From the NCBI RefSeq assembly GCF_048593235.1, contig NC_133618.1, positions 475,981,294 through 476,045,293 on the forward strand: a stretch of 64,000 nucleotides of DNA, read 5' to 3'. The notes beneath the pieces are model-generated. The model did not search any database. It saw only the letters and a program-made list of their open reading frames with translations, and was not told the origin of the DNA. The stretch comes from Sminthopsis crassicaudata. Its lineage: Eukaryota. Below, piece by piece: positions 24,137 through 37,535 of this stretch (within the stretch, counting starts at the first letter, position 1; the number at the start of each line of letters is the position of its first letter). Position numbers and translations under genes: made by a program.

Positions 24137-26545
24137 TTTTTTTTTTTTTTTAATTTACTATTTATTTAATTCTAGCATTGAAATTTTTTTGAGTTCCAAA
24201 TCCTTTCCTTATTTTCTGCCTCTCCCTGATTCATTTAGAAGATAAACAAAATTATATTAATTTGTACACGTGAAATCATGCAAAACATTTTTACATTAGT
24301 CATATCACAAAAAATCAAGAAAATGAAAAAAAATCATATTTTAATTTGCTCTCAGAGTTCATCAGTTCCTTCTTTAAAGATGGCTGCATTTTTTTTCTCC
24401 TTTGGAATTGTCCAGAATAATAGTATTGATCAGAGTATCTAACTTTTTATAGTTGATCATTCTTATAATGTTGTTCTTGCTGTGTATAATGATCTGGTTC
24501 TACTCACTTCACTTTGTAACAGTTCATATGTCATGTTTTTCTGAAACCATTGCACTCATCATTTCTTATATCACAGCAGTACTCCATCATGATCACACAG
24601 CATAATTTGTTTAGCCATTACCCAATAGATAAACATTTCTTCAATTTCCAATTCTTTGCCACCACAAAAAGAACTGAGATCATAATTGCTACTCCTGCCT
24701 TTTTGTTTCAGTTGAAGAATAAACTCTGCTCCAGCCCCTTATTTAAACTCTATGTCTCTATTTCAAGTATGTCTCTTATAAACATATTGTTGGATTCTAA
24801 TTTCTGATTTGTCCTTCTGCCCACTTCCATTTATGGGTGGACTCATCCCATTCACTTTCAAAGTTATGATTTCAATTATTTCCTTCTGATTATCCTTATC
24901 CCTCCTCAAATATTGGTTATGCTTCTGACTATTGACTTCCTTTATCTACCCTTCCTTTTATTATTCCCTCTTTCTCTTTCCTTTTTTATTTCCCTGTTGA
25001 GTATGATAGTTTCCTATACCCTACTAGCTGGTATACCCAATGAGAGTGAGGTTCAAGCATTACCCACCACCCCTTTCCATTTTGCCCTGTACTATAAAAG
25101 CTCTTTCTTGTATACTTCTTTTAAATGAGGAAATTTCCTCCATTCTACTTTTCCTTTCCCTCTTCTCCCAGTTCATTCCTCTTTCTCAATCCTTTTTTTT
25201 GTTTGCATCCCAATGTAATTGGTTCATATCCATGCCCCTCTATGAATTCTTTAATTTCTTTATTTTATATCTGGAGCTAAAATATTGGGGCAATTTTAAA
25301 TGATCTCTTCTCAATCTATTTTTCAGGTCAGTTATTTTTCTGATGAGATAAATTACATTTTCTTTGATTTTTTTTTATTCTTTTGACTTTGTTTCTTGCT
25401 TCTTGAAGTCTTATGGAGTTACTAGCTTCCACTCGTCCAACTCTACTTTTTAAGGAATTTTTAAAGTGAGAATCTGTACCTCTTATTTCATTAGACCAAT
25501 TCCGTTTTTAAGGAATTATTTTCTTCAGTATTTTTGTGCCTCTTTTACCAAGCTGTTAGTTCTTTTTTCATAATGTTTTTCATTATTGTCATTTCTTTCT
25601 TATTATTTTCTCTATTCCCTTATTTCTTTCTTTAACTCTTCCAGGAATTCTTGTTGGATTTGTATCCAATTAGCATTTTTCTTTGAGACTTCTAGATGTT
25701 TTAACATTGTTGCTTTCTGAATTTGTGTCTTGGTCTTCATTGCCATCTAGAAGGTTTTGTGCTCAAATGCTATTTTTGTTATTGTTCCTTTTGTTTGCTT
25801 ATTTTTTCATCCTATTTCTTGACTTTGAACTTCATGTTAAAGTTAAGCTCCGCTCATCTTGGGGTGGTAAAGCGCTGTCCCAAACTTTAGGCATTTTCAT
25901 ACAGCTGTTTTTAGAGCTAATTCTGGGGGTCTTTGAGTTTTCAGTGTTTCCAAGGTGCTGTCATCCAGGTAGAGGTTTGCTCACTGTTATATTGGTCTGT
26001 ACTCTGATCTTTTCTCAGGAAGGGCTCCCACTTCCCTGCAACCACAAACATTAAAGCTTTTTTTGATTTAGTAACTGTCTAGGGCTCCTGCTCTATTTTG
26101 ACCAATCACAAATGCTCCTCTCTACTCTGAAACTGTGACTCAGAACTGTGTATAGGTAATAGAATCAGCTATCACTGTCAGCTGCCCCAGGGAACAAAGC
26201 AAAGAGTCCCCTGTAACCTCTTTCTAACAAGTTGTCAGACCTCCTCATCTCTGGGCTGAGAGCTCCTGAAGATGTTGAGCTGATGCTGCTACAGGTGCAG
26301 TTACCTCCCCAGCCCCCAGTTAGGGTGCCTACTGTCCCATGCCCTTCTGTGCCATACTGTAACACAGTTTTCCACTGCCAACCTCCTCAGTTTTCTCAGA
26401 TAAGAAAATATCTCATCCTGATCTTTTGTTGGCACTACTGCTCTGAATTTTTATTTGAGGCATTATTTTAAAGTTGTAGAGAGGGGAATGTTGGGGGAAT
26501 TCAACTGGTTTGGTGTTTCTATTTCACCATCTTGGCTCTACCCTC
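24137..26545 (-). mobile_element. L1 with 5' UTR, ORF1, start of ORF2 and 3' end; most of ORF2 deleted
   Basis: Poly(T) at 24137; 3' L1 sequence to ~24675 joined directly to endonuclease N-terminal sequence (gagatcataattgctactcctgcc); ORF1/5' UTR-like sequence 25280-26545. Confidence 0.75.
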
Positions 26546-27132
26546 AGGCAGTTCTTAAAGTGATTTAAAATTCATCTCCATATCTAATCTATGCGATCTC
26601 CCCTTCTTCATCTTTTCTTTTAGCACTTACTCTCTATTTCTCCTGAGCTTTCATTGTATTCTACTTTATATCATACTCATTTAGGTACTTATTGTATTGT
26701 ATACTGTCTTAGGGTATTAAAAAGCCTCTTGAGGCTGGGGACCAAACTAGTTTTCCTTTCCCCAGACTCTAAGCACAAGGATTTTCACAGAGTAGGTATA
26801 TATTTGTTGAATTAAATGAAATAAAATTGAACAAATGAATTGAAATAGATGCTCCTAACTGAGTAAACAGTATCAGGACTCAGTTGGAAGGATAATTTCT
26901 AACTTACACAATTGTCTCCCTCTCTTCTCTATCCCATCCCATTTACATGTTACCCTTGCTTTCATCTAATGTAAATTCTTATTTATAAGCTTTGCATAGT
27001 TGTTTAATGAATGTCTTCACTACATTTATCTGTATTAAATCATTACTGTATATCTTCATGGAAAACTGCTCCATGGGAGAGGTCTTGCATCTGACTTATT
27101 TTGTTTCCTTGCCATATGCAGATACAGGACTA

Positions 27133-27134
<2 letters not shown>

Positions 27135-27189
<55 letters not shown>
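27135..27189. repeat. (CA)n microsatellite
   Basis: About 27 perfect units. Confidence 0.95.
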
Positions 27190-27191
<2 letters not shown>

Positions 27192-27396
27192 TGAGGAGGA
27201 GGAGGAAAATCATAATTTACAAAGAAAGGTCTGTAGAGAAATCTTTAAGCATTCTTTCCTGTTCAGGGTGGTGTCCCTCTTGGTTTAAATGTTTGTGACA
27301 GCTGAAACAAGGTAGTCTCCTTCTAAGCTTTGAAAGAGTTTCTTTGGAACTGAGATGATTGACTGAGTTAACCCTTGGAAAGAAATAGGGCAGAGC

Positions 27397-27539
27397 ATTT
27401 AAAAGTTGAATGACATAACAATACCAAACTTTTTGAGACTATATTTTAAATGGGTCACTCAGTGTTCACTTGGAAGTCTTAAAGAATCCATCTCACCCAG
27501 GAAGCATTCTCTCCCTCCCTCCTCCATTTGGAAGGAGCC
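27397..27539 (+). repeat. Donor copy of a 143-bp dispersed duplication
   Basis: About 95% identical to 29316-29458 (7 mismatches counted by eye). Confidence 0.9.
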
Positions 27540-28239
27540 TGAGAAGAGGATGGTGGTATCTTAGAGTAGGATACATTGTCAGGGAGCAGATGTAAAGGGA
27601 ATTCCTCAGGGAATGGGACTGCCCCACTTTCAGGTGTCATGAACCTCATCCATTAAATTCCCATATATTTAGTGACAGTGAATAGACCAAGGAATATAAA
27701 ATACCCTCGTTAGCATAAAGATGAACTAAGGTACTTGTAGACAACTCATTCTCTATTGTTAAGTAGAATGGCACATAAGTCATGAGAACACTTAGTCATT
27801 AGCTAGCACTTTCCTAAGTTTGGATGGGACATACAGTCTCTCATAACCCTGTAGCTGGTATGTTTGGGCCTAGGGCCAAGGTAAAGAACAAGCCCTTGAA
27901 TAGTATCAGTTAAAGTAAAAATGGTCCACCCATCAAGCTTCTAAATCATTTCTCCAGGTGTACCATTTTATTCAGTCCCCAAACATTTGTAGATTCCTGA
28001 GCAAATTATACCATTGTGCAAGAGTCCCCTGTGAGAATCCCTGCATGAACACAAATTCATATTACTTTGAGAGGTCAGAAGAACTTGTCTGGGTAAAAGA
28101 AATCGAATAATTTTTAAGTCTCTAAATGCATGTCATAGCCAACTGCATATCATAGCATTGTGACATGTAATTAGATGGGCAGTCCTTTAAGTTAGTCCAT
28201 TAGTACACATAGCTTAGCCATGAACTACAGAGAAACATT

Positions 28240-28670
28240 GAGCTGGATCTAAGAGGAGATATGGAAAGCAAACTGGATTGCATTTGGGAAATTATACAGT
28301 ACTTCCAATGATTCTAAGCTTTTCCCTGACTTCAGATCACATCTTTTTAAATTCAGAATTCTCTTGGCAATGTTCTATGTCTGTACATCTTGGATGACAA
28401 AAATCTCAGAACTCAGAATAATAAGTTACCCAAAGATCTAGGCAGAAGCACACTGTAACCCATTAATAATGATGAAAAGTGCAAAGGAAATAATAGACAT
28501 CATCAAGGACACACATACCTGAAAGAGGCAGGCTGACCATGTTGTAAGTGTTTAGGAGAGCAGATGATAGTCCAGAAGGATTTATGGAAGGACACAGGCA
28601 AGAATCACTAAGTATGAAAAAGCAATCTTCTCTAGGAATGAAAGTAACCACACCAATAAGTTAATTGGCT
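28240..28670 (+). mobile_element. RTE LINE 3' remnant
   Basis: gcaaactggattgcatttgggaaattatacagtacttccaatgattctaagc..cacatctttttaaattc. Confidence 0.65.
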
Positions 28671-29088
28671 CCCCAGATAAAGGTGCTGGAGTTGGTATCA
28701 GGACAACCTAAACTCGAATTATACCTCAAATGTTTCCTAGCTATTTGACTCTAGACTAGAGAGTTAAAGGCATTCTCAATTTCATCATTTGTAAAGTAGA
28801 GATAATGATAGGATCAACTTCACAGATCTGCTTTGAGGCAGTGGATAGAATGTCAGAATCTGGAAGATCTGAGTATAAATATGGCCTCAGTGACTTACTA
28901 ATTGTGTGACCCTGGACAAGTCCCTTAATCTCAGTTTCTTCATCTGCACAATGATAATAGTAGTGTTGTGAGGATCAAATAAAATAGTAATTGTAAACTA
29001 CTTAGTAGAGTGCTTGGCACATAGAAAGTGCTACATATATGTTGTCATTATTAAGTTAACAAATATTTATTAAAAATCTATTATATTT

Positions 29089-29229
29089 GGGGGCAGCTAG
29101 GTGGTATAGTGGATAGAGCACCAGCCCTGAAGTCAGGAGGACCTGAGTTCAAATGTGACCTCAGACACTTAACACTTCCTAGCTGTGTGACTCTGGATAA
29201 GTCACTTAACCCAATTGCCTCAGGGAAAA
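29089..29229 (+). mobile_element. WSINE1 inserted in an L2 3' fragment
   Basis: Near-consensus sequence; aaaaatctattat repeated on both flanks. Confidence 0.9.
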
Positions 29230-29315
29230 AAAAATCTATTATGTGTCAGGTACTATGCTAAATACTGGAGATATGAAGAAAAGTAAAGATAATTTTTGAC
29301 TTCAAGGAGCTTACA

Positions 29316-29458
29316 ATTTAAAAGTTGAATGACATAACAATACTAAACTTTTTGAGACTATATTTTAAATGGGTCACTCAGTGTTCACTTGGAAGTCTTA
29401 AAGAATCTGTCTCACCCAGTCATCATTCTCTCCCTCCCTCCTCCATTTGGGAGGAGCC
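29316..29458 (+). repeat. Inserted copy of the 143-bp duplication
   Basis: Interrupts an L2 fragment; tttaaaagtt present at both ends (29317, 29470). Confidence 0.9.
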
Positions 29459-29589
29459 AAATTTTTTTTTTTAAAAGTTTGTAGGATTAAATAAAAAAAA
29501 GTAAATTTCTCTGCAAAATTAAAACATCAAATATTATTATTATTGTTGATAAGACAGAATTTATTAAATTAGTGGAATGTAGGTGTTCT

Positions 29590-30075
29590 CTGTCCTTTGT
29601 CCTTCATATCAAGAAGTCCATGACATTAGGGAAGTAATGCCATGACATGCAAGTGAATTGGATTTCAGTGAAGAAGGGTTTGGGTGACATCACTGACTTC
29701 ACTCTGTCCTCCAGAGCCTGTGGATCCAGTGGCAAGATTTTCATCAGGATGACTGGAAATGGCCCTGGATGAAATGGGAGCTCTTAGCTTTTTTAAGCTA
29801 AAGTTTTTAACAGGTCTCAGTTTGACTGATGTAATCCCTAATCTGTTATTAAGGCTAAGTAAGAAATGAGATAGAGACCCTCAGAGTTTCTGGCCAGAAT
29901 AGAAACAACTGCTATTTACGTTCCCTCTGAAAGACCAAGTGGAGCTTGAATGGGGACCTATTGTTGGCCAATCAGTGAGAGCCAGAGTAATTTGGATTTA
30001 AAGTGTAGTCCTAGGTCTTAAACCCCAAGATATTTTGCAATATTTCAGTTATCAAAATTTACATTCCTTTAGGTA
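29590..30075 (+). mobile_element. Marsupial RTE-associated non-autonomous element (long copy)
   Basis: tttgtccttcatatcaagaagtccatgacattagg..gactggaaatggccctggatg..ccaatcagtgagagccagag. Confidence 0.7.
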
Positions 30076-30109
30076 GGGCCCCTTAGATAAGGGTATGATA
30101 TCCTATATG

Positions 30110-30345
30110 GGCAGAAGAAAGAGAAGAGATGAGAAGAAATGAGAAAGAAAAGAAAACAAGAGCAGACAAGAGATGAAAAAGATGAGGAGAGAAAGAATGA
30201 GAGAAGAGATGAGAAGAAAAGAAGAGAAGAGATGAGATGAGATGAAATAAGATGAGAAGAGAAGAGAAAACAAGAGAAGACAAGAGATGAGTAGAGAAAA
30301 GAAGAACGAGAGAAGAGATAAGAAGAAGAGAAGAGAAGAGCAGAG
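30110..30345. repeat. (GAGAA/GATGA)n polypurine repeat
   Basis: Degenerate pentamer repeat; source of ORFs 30069 and 30083. Confidence 0.9.
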
Positions 30346-30399
30346 TTACCCAACCAGTCAGTTCTACTTAGATTCCTCATAGGGCAGCTCTTACTCACA

Positions 30400-30570
30400 G
30401 AGATTGTCCTTCATTGTTGAAGAGGACCATGACATCAATGAAGTGATGCCATGATGTGCAAATGAATTCAATTTAAATGAGGGAGGACTGTACAAGATCA
30501 TCAACCTCACTTTCTCTTGCACTCATAGGGACCAGTGGCAGGATGTAGATCAGCATGACTGGACATGATC
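30400..30570 (+). mobile_element. Second 5' fragment of the RTE-associated element
   Basis: ttgtccttcattgttgaagaggaccatgacatcaatg. Confidence 0.7.
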
Positions 30571-31779
30571 CTCAGAGTGTAGGTGCCTGATTGATGTGAG
30601 GAAGACATAATCTTAGAATACTTATCTGCCTTTGAGAATCAGCTCAGGGACCACCTTTATGAGCCTCCATCATTGTCAGAGTTAACAAATGTCTACCTTT
30701 TGAGACTACTCTCACTGGCAGTTATCATCTACCTCACATTACCTTGTATCCATTTAACCATGAGCTCTAAATAAAACAGAAGAGCTCAGAGAACAGAGAC
30801 CATTTTATTTTTGTATTTTTATCTCTCAGTACCTAACTCAAATGTTAAGTGTTTTTTGTTGGGTCCAGGACTGTGATTACATCAGTGCACCGAATGCCCT
30901 GCACGGGCACTTTCCACTGATGCTGATCACTGGCAAATCACCTGTAATTTATAGTCTCACAGAGCTACCTGGGAAACCGAGAGGCCATCTCCTTGACTAG
31001 AGATATGTGATTAGTATGCTTCAGAGGCACAGCTGGAATTGAGAGCTTCTTGACTACAGGCCCAGCTCTCTATCTACTGTGTCACACTTTCTCTCCTTGA
31101 ACATAGCATGCACTTAATAGATATTTGTTGAATTTGATGAATAATGGAAACTTAAGATGTAGCTCTGGAAAGGGTCTTAGATGTCATCTATGCCAAGTCT
31201 TTTAGGCCTCCCCTTTGACAAATGAAAGAAAGGGCTGGAATAAATGACATTTAAGACTGAGTCCAGAGAAATAAAATTACATGCCCAAATTGAGGCAGCT
31301 AATAAGTAATAGAAACAAGATTTAAGCCATGGTCCCCTGGATACAAAATCATAGTTTTCTCCCCATACCAAGAGTATCTTAGACATGTTTTTTGGTATAT
31401 TTTTGATCAATGGAAGGTGTCATATGTGACTGACTGAAACATTTTCATCAAAGCAAAGCTCCCATATATATGTATGTATGTATATATGTGTATGCATATG
31501 TTATAATTTATTAACTATAGTATATAAATTATACATGCATATATGAATAAATACACATATATGCATACATATATACATACATATATATACACACACCCAG
31601 AGTGAAAGAGACTGAGAGAAAAAGAGAAAACAGAGAGAGAAAGAAAGAGAGAAATTGAGTTAGGAAAAGTCAGAAATGAAAGAGCTTTATTTCTCTTGGA
31701 TTCGAAATTTTGAGGGGAGAGAGATGCTCAGTACAAGCAATAGGAAAATCATAATGGTAGGGACTGAAAGGGCTATTGG

Positions 31780-32600
31780 CATCTGGTCTATGGCCAACCC
31801 AGCATCCACCTACTAGTTGTATTTTTACTAAGAGAAACTCCCTTAAGTTAATTTTTGTTGTGTGTGCTACAATCTGCTTTCCTCTACAGAACAGTAGAAA
31901 TAGCTTACCAGCCAGAAATGCTTAATGATGAGGGTGGCACACAACTGAAGCATTACTAGTGAAATAGCTTGGCTCCAGCTCTGTTTCTGAGAAGTGAGCC
32001 AATTAGCGGCCCTGGTTATTATTTACATTTCATGCGATATATCACTAAAATGGTGTTGTTGATTTATCATTTATATTGTGGTATTGTCAGCATAATTTAT
32101 TCAGATCATGCTGAGATACCTGGGAAATTAAGTAACAAAGACGATGGCATTGGATTCTTTGGTATTCAAAAATATTTCTTAGTTTCATCTTTTCTTGCTT
32201 TCTTTCTTTTTAATGAGGATATATGTAAAGGAAAATCATGGATCACTTAGCTATTAAATTGTTTTTGAATCAAATGCATTAAAAGTTTACCCTCTCTATT
32301 TTCCTATTGAGGATATGGCTTATGTTTTAAATTTGATTTTCTACTCTACCATTTGCTTTCAAGGCTAAAATTGGGTAAACTTAATTGACTAGAAGGTCAA
32401 AGCACAAGCTTTGTAAGTTAATGTGGAACTGAGATTCCTTTCCCTATTTATTTTAAATACTTTGTCCATTGTCCTATGCTAGGCATAGGCCCACCCTATT
32501 ATAAACAGGCTTTCCTCTTTAGAACTAGTTAGTTTTTCAGAGGTCTGAACCACCCACTTTGTTTTTCATTAAAAGAATCATATTAAAAGATAAATATTGG
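31780..32600. promoter_or_regulatory. Candidate conserved non-coding element with PBX-HOX/MEIS-like motifs
   Basis: No TE recognised; TGATTTATCA 32060-32069, TGTCAG 32085, GCATAATTTATTCA 32090. Confidence 0.4.
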
Positions 32601-32689
32601 TAAAGATATGTAAAGCTAGCACAAGAGACATTTTTAGAAATTTTTGGAATTTGAAATTTAGAAGTTTTTTTACTTAATTCTCCTTTGTA

Positions 32690-33115
32690 TTGATACTTCT
32701 TGTTTTTGCATTATTTTAATTTCCTAGTATATCCATTCTCTTTTCCTACAAAACAAGATTAAAAATAGATAGAGAACGAAAGAGATCAGCAAAACCATGT
32801 AACACATTGATAGTGTGTGGCTGCATTTGCAGCATTCTACACTCAGTCTCCCACTTCTACAAAGAATGGAAGATGCTGAATTTCCTCAATTCTTGTACAG
32901 GATCATTATAGTTAGAAAGTATCTGTTTTTACTCTTGTAGTCATTACATATCTTGTTTTCCAAGTTCTTCTAATTCCACTTTGTGTCAGTTCATGTAAAT
33001 CTTCCCATGCTTCTCTGAATTCTTCATAGTCATCATTTCTTAGACACAGTAATAGTCCATTACCTTCAGGCACCATACTTTGGCTAGCCATCTTCTGAAC
33101 AATGGACATCTATTT
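32690..33115 (-). mobile_element. L1 ORF2 C-terminus/3' fragment
   Basis: ORF 32912-33109 LRNDDYEEFREAWEDLHELTQS. Confidence 0.85.
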
Positions 33116-34529
33116 GAATTTTAGAGATTTTAAAGGCTTTCTAAGAGAACTCTGCTCTAAGTTGCTTGCAAGATGAGCCATTATAATAATCCTCCCTGAT
33201 TATTTACATTTTTGATACTGAGTCTTCTTAGAGGGAGGTATTCCTGCATGCCTAGTTAATGTTGTCATAGATCTGAGGGAGTGAGATTTTCCTAATAATC
33301 ACTATTTTGTGATTTAGTGTAATGGGAACTTCAGGCTAGTGGTTTGTACAAATTCAAATCTTTTATTGTGGAGGGCAGCACAGTATAGACACTGGAATTT
33401 TAGTGATGATGATATTTCAACAATTACAACCATATTACTACTATTACAACTACGTTATTACTATTACTATTACATTACTACTACTATAGCAATTACTTTA
33501 GTAGTACATTACTGCTACCACTACTCTTGCTCTTTCTTCTGCTATCTCACATTTTTATAGCACTTAAATATTACAAAGCATTTTCTAACAGTCTACAAGG
33601 CTGTCAGTCAAACAATCAATAAGTATAATAAATGTTTGCATTTCAGTAGTGCCCTACTTAGTGCCAAATAAGGATAAAAAAGATAAGAACAAACAACAAC
33701 AAAACTATAAACAAAATGAAAAATTACTATAGCAACAGCAACGAAAACTAATTGATTTTTATGTGTAAGGAGCTTATGTTTTAATATGGAAGGTAATATG
33801 CAAATAACTGAGCATATAGAAGGTTGAAGAAGTATTCCAGCTTTGTAGATAGTAGTAATTAATAATAATAGTAGCATCTGTGAAACATCTATTGTATGCC
33901 AGATATTGTGCTAAGCCCTTTATAAATGTTATTTCATTTGATCCTCACAACAACCTTGGGAAGTGGATGCTATTTATTATCCTTTTACAGTTGGGGAAAG
34001 TGAGGCAAACAGAAATTAAGGATTTGTCCAGGGTTACACTGTTAGTAAACAATGTAAACGCTAGGATATGTCAGAAGCAGGATTCAAATTCTGGGATCTA
34101 TGCCTTCTAAGTCCAATATTCTTTCTACTATATCAGGCTGCTCTGGAAGTCACTGATGAATATGATTTTTGATTCATCAGTTTTTTTATTGAGCACTTAT
34201 TACATGCAAGGCACTGAGAAAGAAAGGCAAATGAATATGACTTATTCATAGGACCAGAGAAAAGTATCATAGAGTCTCTGAGTTTTCAGATGGAAGAGAT
34301 CTTAGATATGATCTAGATCAACTCCTTTCTTTCCCAAATGTTTTTGTTTTGGAGCAGGGAATTAACTTGCCCAGTGGCCCAGGTAGAAAGTAGGAGGACT
34401 GAGATCTGAACCAATGTTTTCTTACTCTATATTTAATGTCTTAGAAGTGACTTGCCCCTGGTGACTTGGTTAGCCGATGACAAGATGTCAGAAATAAATG
34501 TAAAAGAGAGTTACTATTTCAGTTCAATT

Positions 34530-35190
34530 TGGAAAATTGAATTGAATTGATAAAGACATAAAAGGGTCATGACACAGTATTCAAAGAAGAGGAGATTGCT
34601 TTTAATAGGGGAGATCAAGGAACACTTCATGAAGGAGGTGGCATTTGAGCTATTTCTTGAAGGAGGGGTAGAATTTCAACAGAGAAAGATTCGGGGATGA
34701 GGGCATTTGAAGCCTAATGACCAAAACATATCTATAGTGAAGTCTACCACAGTTTGAAGAATCATGACAAGTTAGGTCTGTTATATTTGCATAGATTATG
34801 AGATAGAGCAGTCTAATATATGGTTGGGAAGCTAGATGAAGGATCAGAATGTAGAGATGGAGGATCATTGAATCTTGGGCTAAGGAGTTTAGTCTTTGTT
34901 AGACATGGAGGAAATATTAAAAGTCTTTGAACAATGGCATGAAGAAAATCACTGTTGCAGCTGTGTGAAAGGACAGAAGACAGGCGAGGAATTTAGGCAT
35001 TGAGATCAATCAGAATGCTACCATAATAACTTAGATGCCAGTTATAGTGGGGACAGCCAAGAAAGTATGAATGTAAGCAATATCTTCGAGTGGAAGTTGT
35101 AGGCTTTGATATTAGATATAGTGGGTATGGAAGAAAGAAGAGTCAAAGTAAATATGGAGATTTTGAGCCTTTGACAATTAAAATTGTGAA
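34530..35190 (-). mobile_element. L2 fragment
   Basis: ggggagatcaaggaacacttcatgaaggaggtggcatttgagc..gggctaaggagtttagtc. Confidence 0.75.
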
Positions 35191-37293
35191 CCCACTGACA
35201 AAAAAAAAAACCCAACAACATACACTTCAATTTTAGAGGATATTAAGTGAGATAGTAAACTGTTTAAGGCTAGGCACTATCTTTTGCCTCTTTTTGTATC
35301 CCTAGCATTTAGCACAATTCTTGACATATAGTAAGTGCTTATTGAATGATGGATGGATGAATTCCACTTTCCCCCAATACCTTTGTAGTCTAACCTTTAC
35401 AAGTCTACATGATTCACAGTCCTAGTAAGAGGAAATGTCTCTCTGTTAACTCTCTACCTCCTGCCCAATAATTCACTACACGTGATTTCCTGCTATACTA
35501 ATCTCTCTGTTATGCTTCTCCACCAGATTGCCCCTTGCTTCACATGCTTCACTAATGTGTCTGTATTTCTCTTCTGAGTCTTGCTGCCACATAGTTCCCT
35601 AATATACTAGCATATGTCATTAAATACCCATCTCTCTTGCCTCTGTGTCTCATCAAACTCACATGGATGCAATGTTCTCTAGGAGAAGTCCTTCTCTAGG
35701 TCCTTGCATGACTTGGAGTCTAGCGTGTTCTTTCTGGTGCCAGTTTTTAATCTTCATTTTATTCAATTCTTATTATAATGGCCACACAGTCACTCTCCAT
35801 TTGTGGCTTTCCTTTTAGCAAACACAATCCCTTTTGCATAGAAGTAGCTTCTCTCTTAGATACACTTCTCCATGAACAAGAGGAGAGGGCTTACCTTTTC
35901 AGTGCTTATCTGTAATATAATGATACTGATGATGGGTTTGTTTAAGAAATATAGTTAACAAACACTTCTACATTCATTTTTTCATTTAATATTGATAAGA
36001 AATTTATTTATTTATTTAGAATCAGGGCTTGATTTCTTGTTTTGTTGTCTTTTTTAAATGAACATTTTATATTTTATTTGACAAGAAATTTATAAAACAG
36101 CTAATGTGGGAATCTTATAAAATTGTAATATGGTTATAAAATTATAAAACAGTTAATGCAGGAATTCCCCCTGCTTTACAGCTGAGGGACTATATCTTGG
36201 GATGGTTAAGTGTCTTGCCTATGGTTATACAACCAATAAGAGACAGAGCTTCAACTCAAACCAGGTTTTCTGCCCTAGGTCCAATGCATTCCTAAATAAG
36301 GCAGCCTTGGTGAATATGGTAGAGCTGTAAAGACAGAGATTGGACTTGTGGTTTCTTTGGTATGGGGAGCTCTTGGCTAGGAAAACTTCTTCTACCAATG
36401 TAAGCAGGCACCTCTCTGCAAATCATACACTTAGGCATTCTTCTAAAGCCCTGAGAATTAAGTGACTTGCCAAGGATGGCACCATCAGTATGTGTCAGAT
36501 GTGACACAAAGTAGATCTCCCTAGCTTTAAGGCCAGTTTTCCCTTTCTACTATTCAGTCTGCCTATATCAGTCTAGTGAACATAAATTAATGTTTCTCTG
36601 ATGATTGAGTATTATGTGGAGCTTCAAAAGCATCTTTTTCAGTATCATTTTTTTTAAATTTTGGTGATGTAGCTGTAGAGAGATAACAAATGATTAAGCT
36701 AGATTTGCCATGGCCTAGGAATTTCTGTTTTGAATAATTGCTGGTACTTTTTTTTTTATTCTTGTGATTTATCTCTTGAAATATCAACTCTAAAGCTGAA
36801 TTGAAGTTTATTTTCTTTGCTTTAAATGCCATGTTGGTTGGCATTTATTTTGGTCAAGTGATGCTATTGGTAGTAGTTCTCTTGCCCAGTCATATTGGGC
36901 ATCATTGTTAGGAAAGGTATTGGTTAAGGATGGGTTGGTGCTGGGCATCTCTTCTTGTCCACTTGACCCAAGGATGCCCCAGCTGACAACTAAGAGGATT
37001 TGATGTGCTTTTTTAAAAGGTTGATCTAGGTTCAGCATTTGTCCTATGCCTTCAGCTAATGGCCTTGCCGACTAATACAATCCCATCTGAATGACATATA
37101 AAAAGAATAAAATGCTGAAGCAACTATGTCCACCAAGTACTTTATGCTTCATGACTGAGCTCCTAAATGAAATCTGACTCCTCAATCAATCAATTTAAAA
37201 ACCTTTATTAAGATCCTACTGTGTATCAGACAATGTGCATAGTGCTAGGTACACAGGGGGATGCATCTCTTCCTTCCAGAAGTGTGCGTTCTA

Positions 37294-37535
37294 GTTATTA
37301 TTCAGTTGGTTCAGTCATGCCTGATCCTTTTGTGACCCCTTTTGGGATTTTCTTGGCAAAGATACTGGAGTGGTTTGCCATCTCTTTCTCCAGTTCATTT
37401 TACAGATGAGGAAACTGAAGCTAACGGTTAAGTGACTTAGCCAGTGTCACACAACACTCAAACTAGTGTTTGAGGTTGGAATTGAACTCAGGTCTTCCTG
37501 ATCTCAGATCTAGTACTCTATCCATTAGACCACCT
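37294..37535 (-). mobile_element. MAR1-type CORE-SINE
   Basis: tttcttggcaaagatactggagtggtttgccatc..tttacagatgaggaaactga. Confidence 0.9.

Noticed and set aside
25683-26054. 123-aa hydrophobic ORF
   Set aside because: Antisense reading of A-rich L1 ORF1/5' UTR
36823-36847. Hairpin taaatgcca/tggcattta as a miRNA precursor
   Set aside because: The stem is only 9 bp and does not extend to pre-miRNA length
35400-37130. Unassigned sequence inspected for non-retroviral endogenous viral elements (borna-, filo-, parvo-like)
   Set aside because: No long ORF or recognisable viral motif by eye; a tBLASTx search would be needed to exclude decayed EVEs
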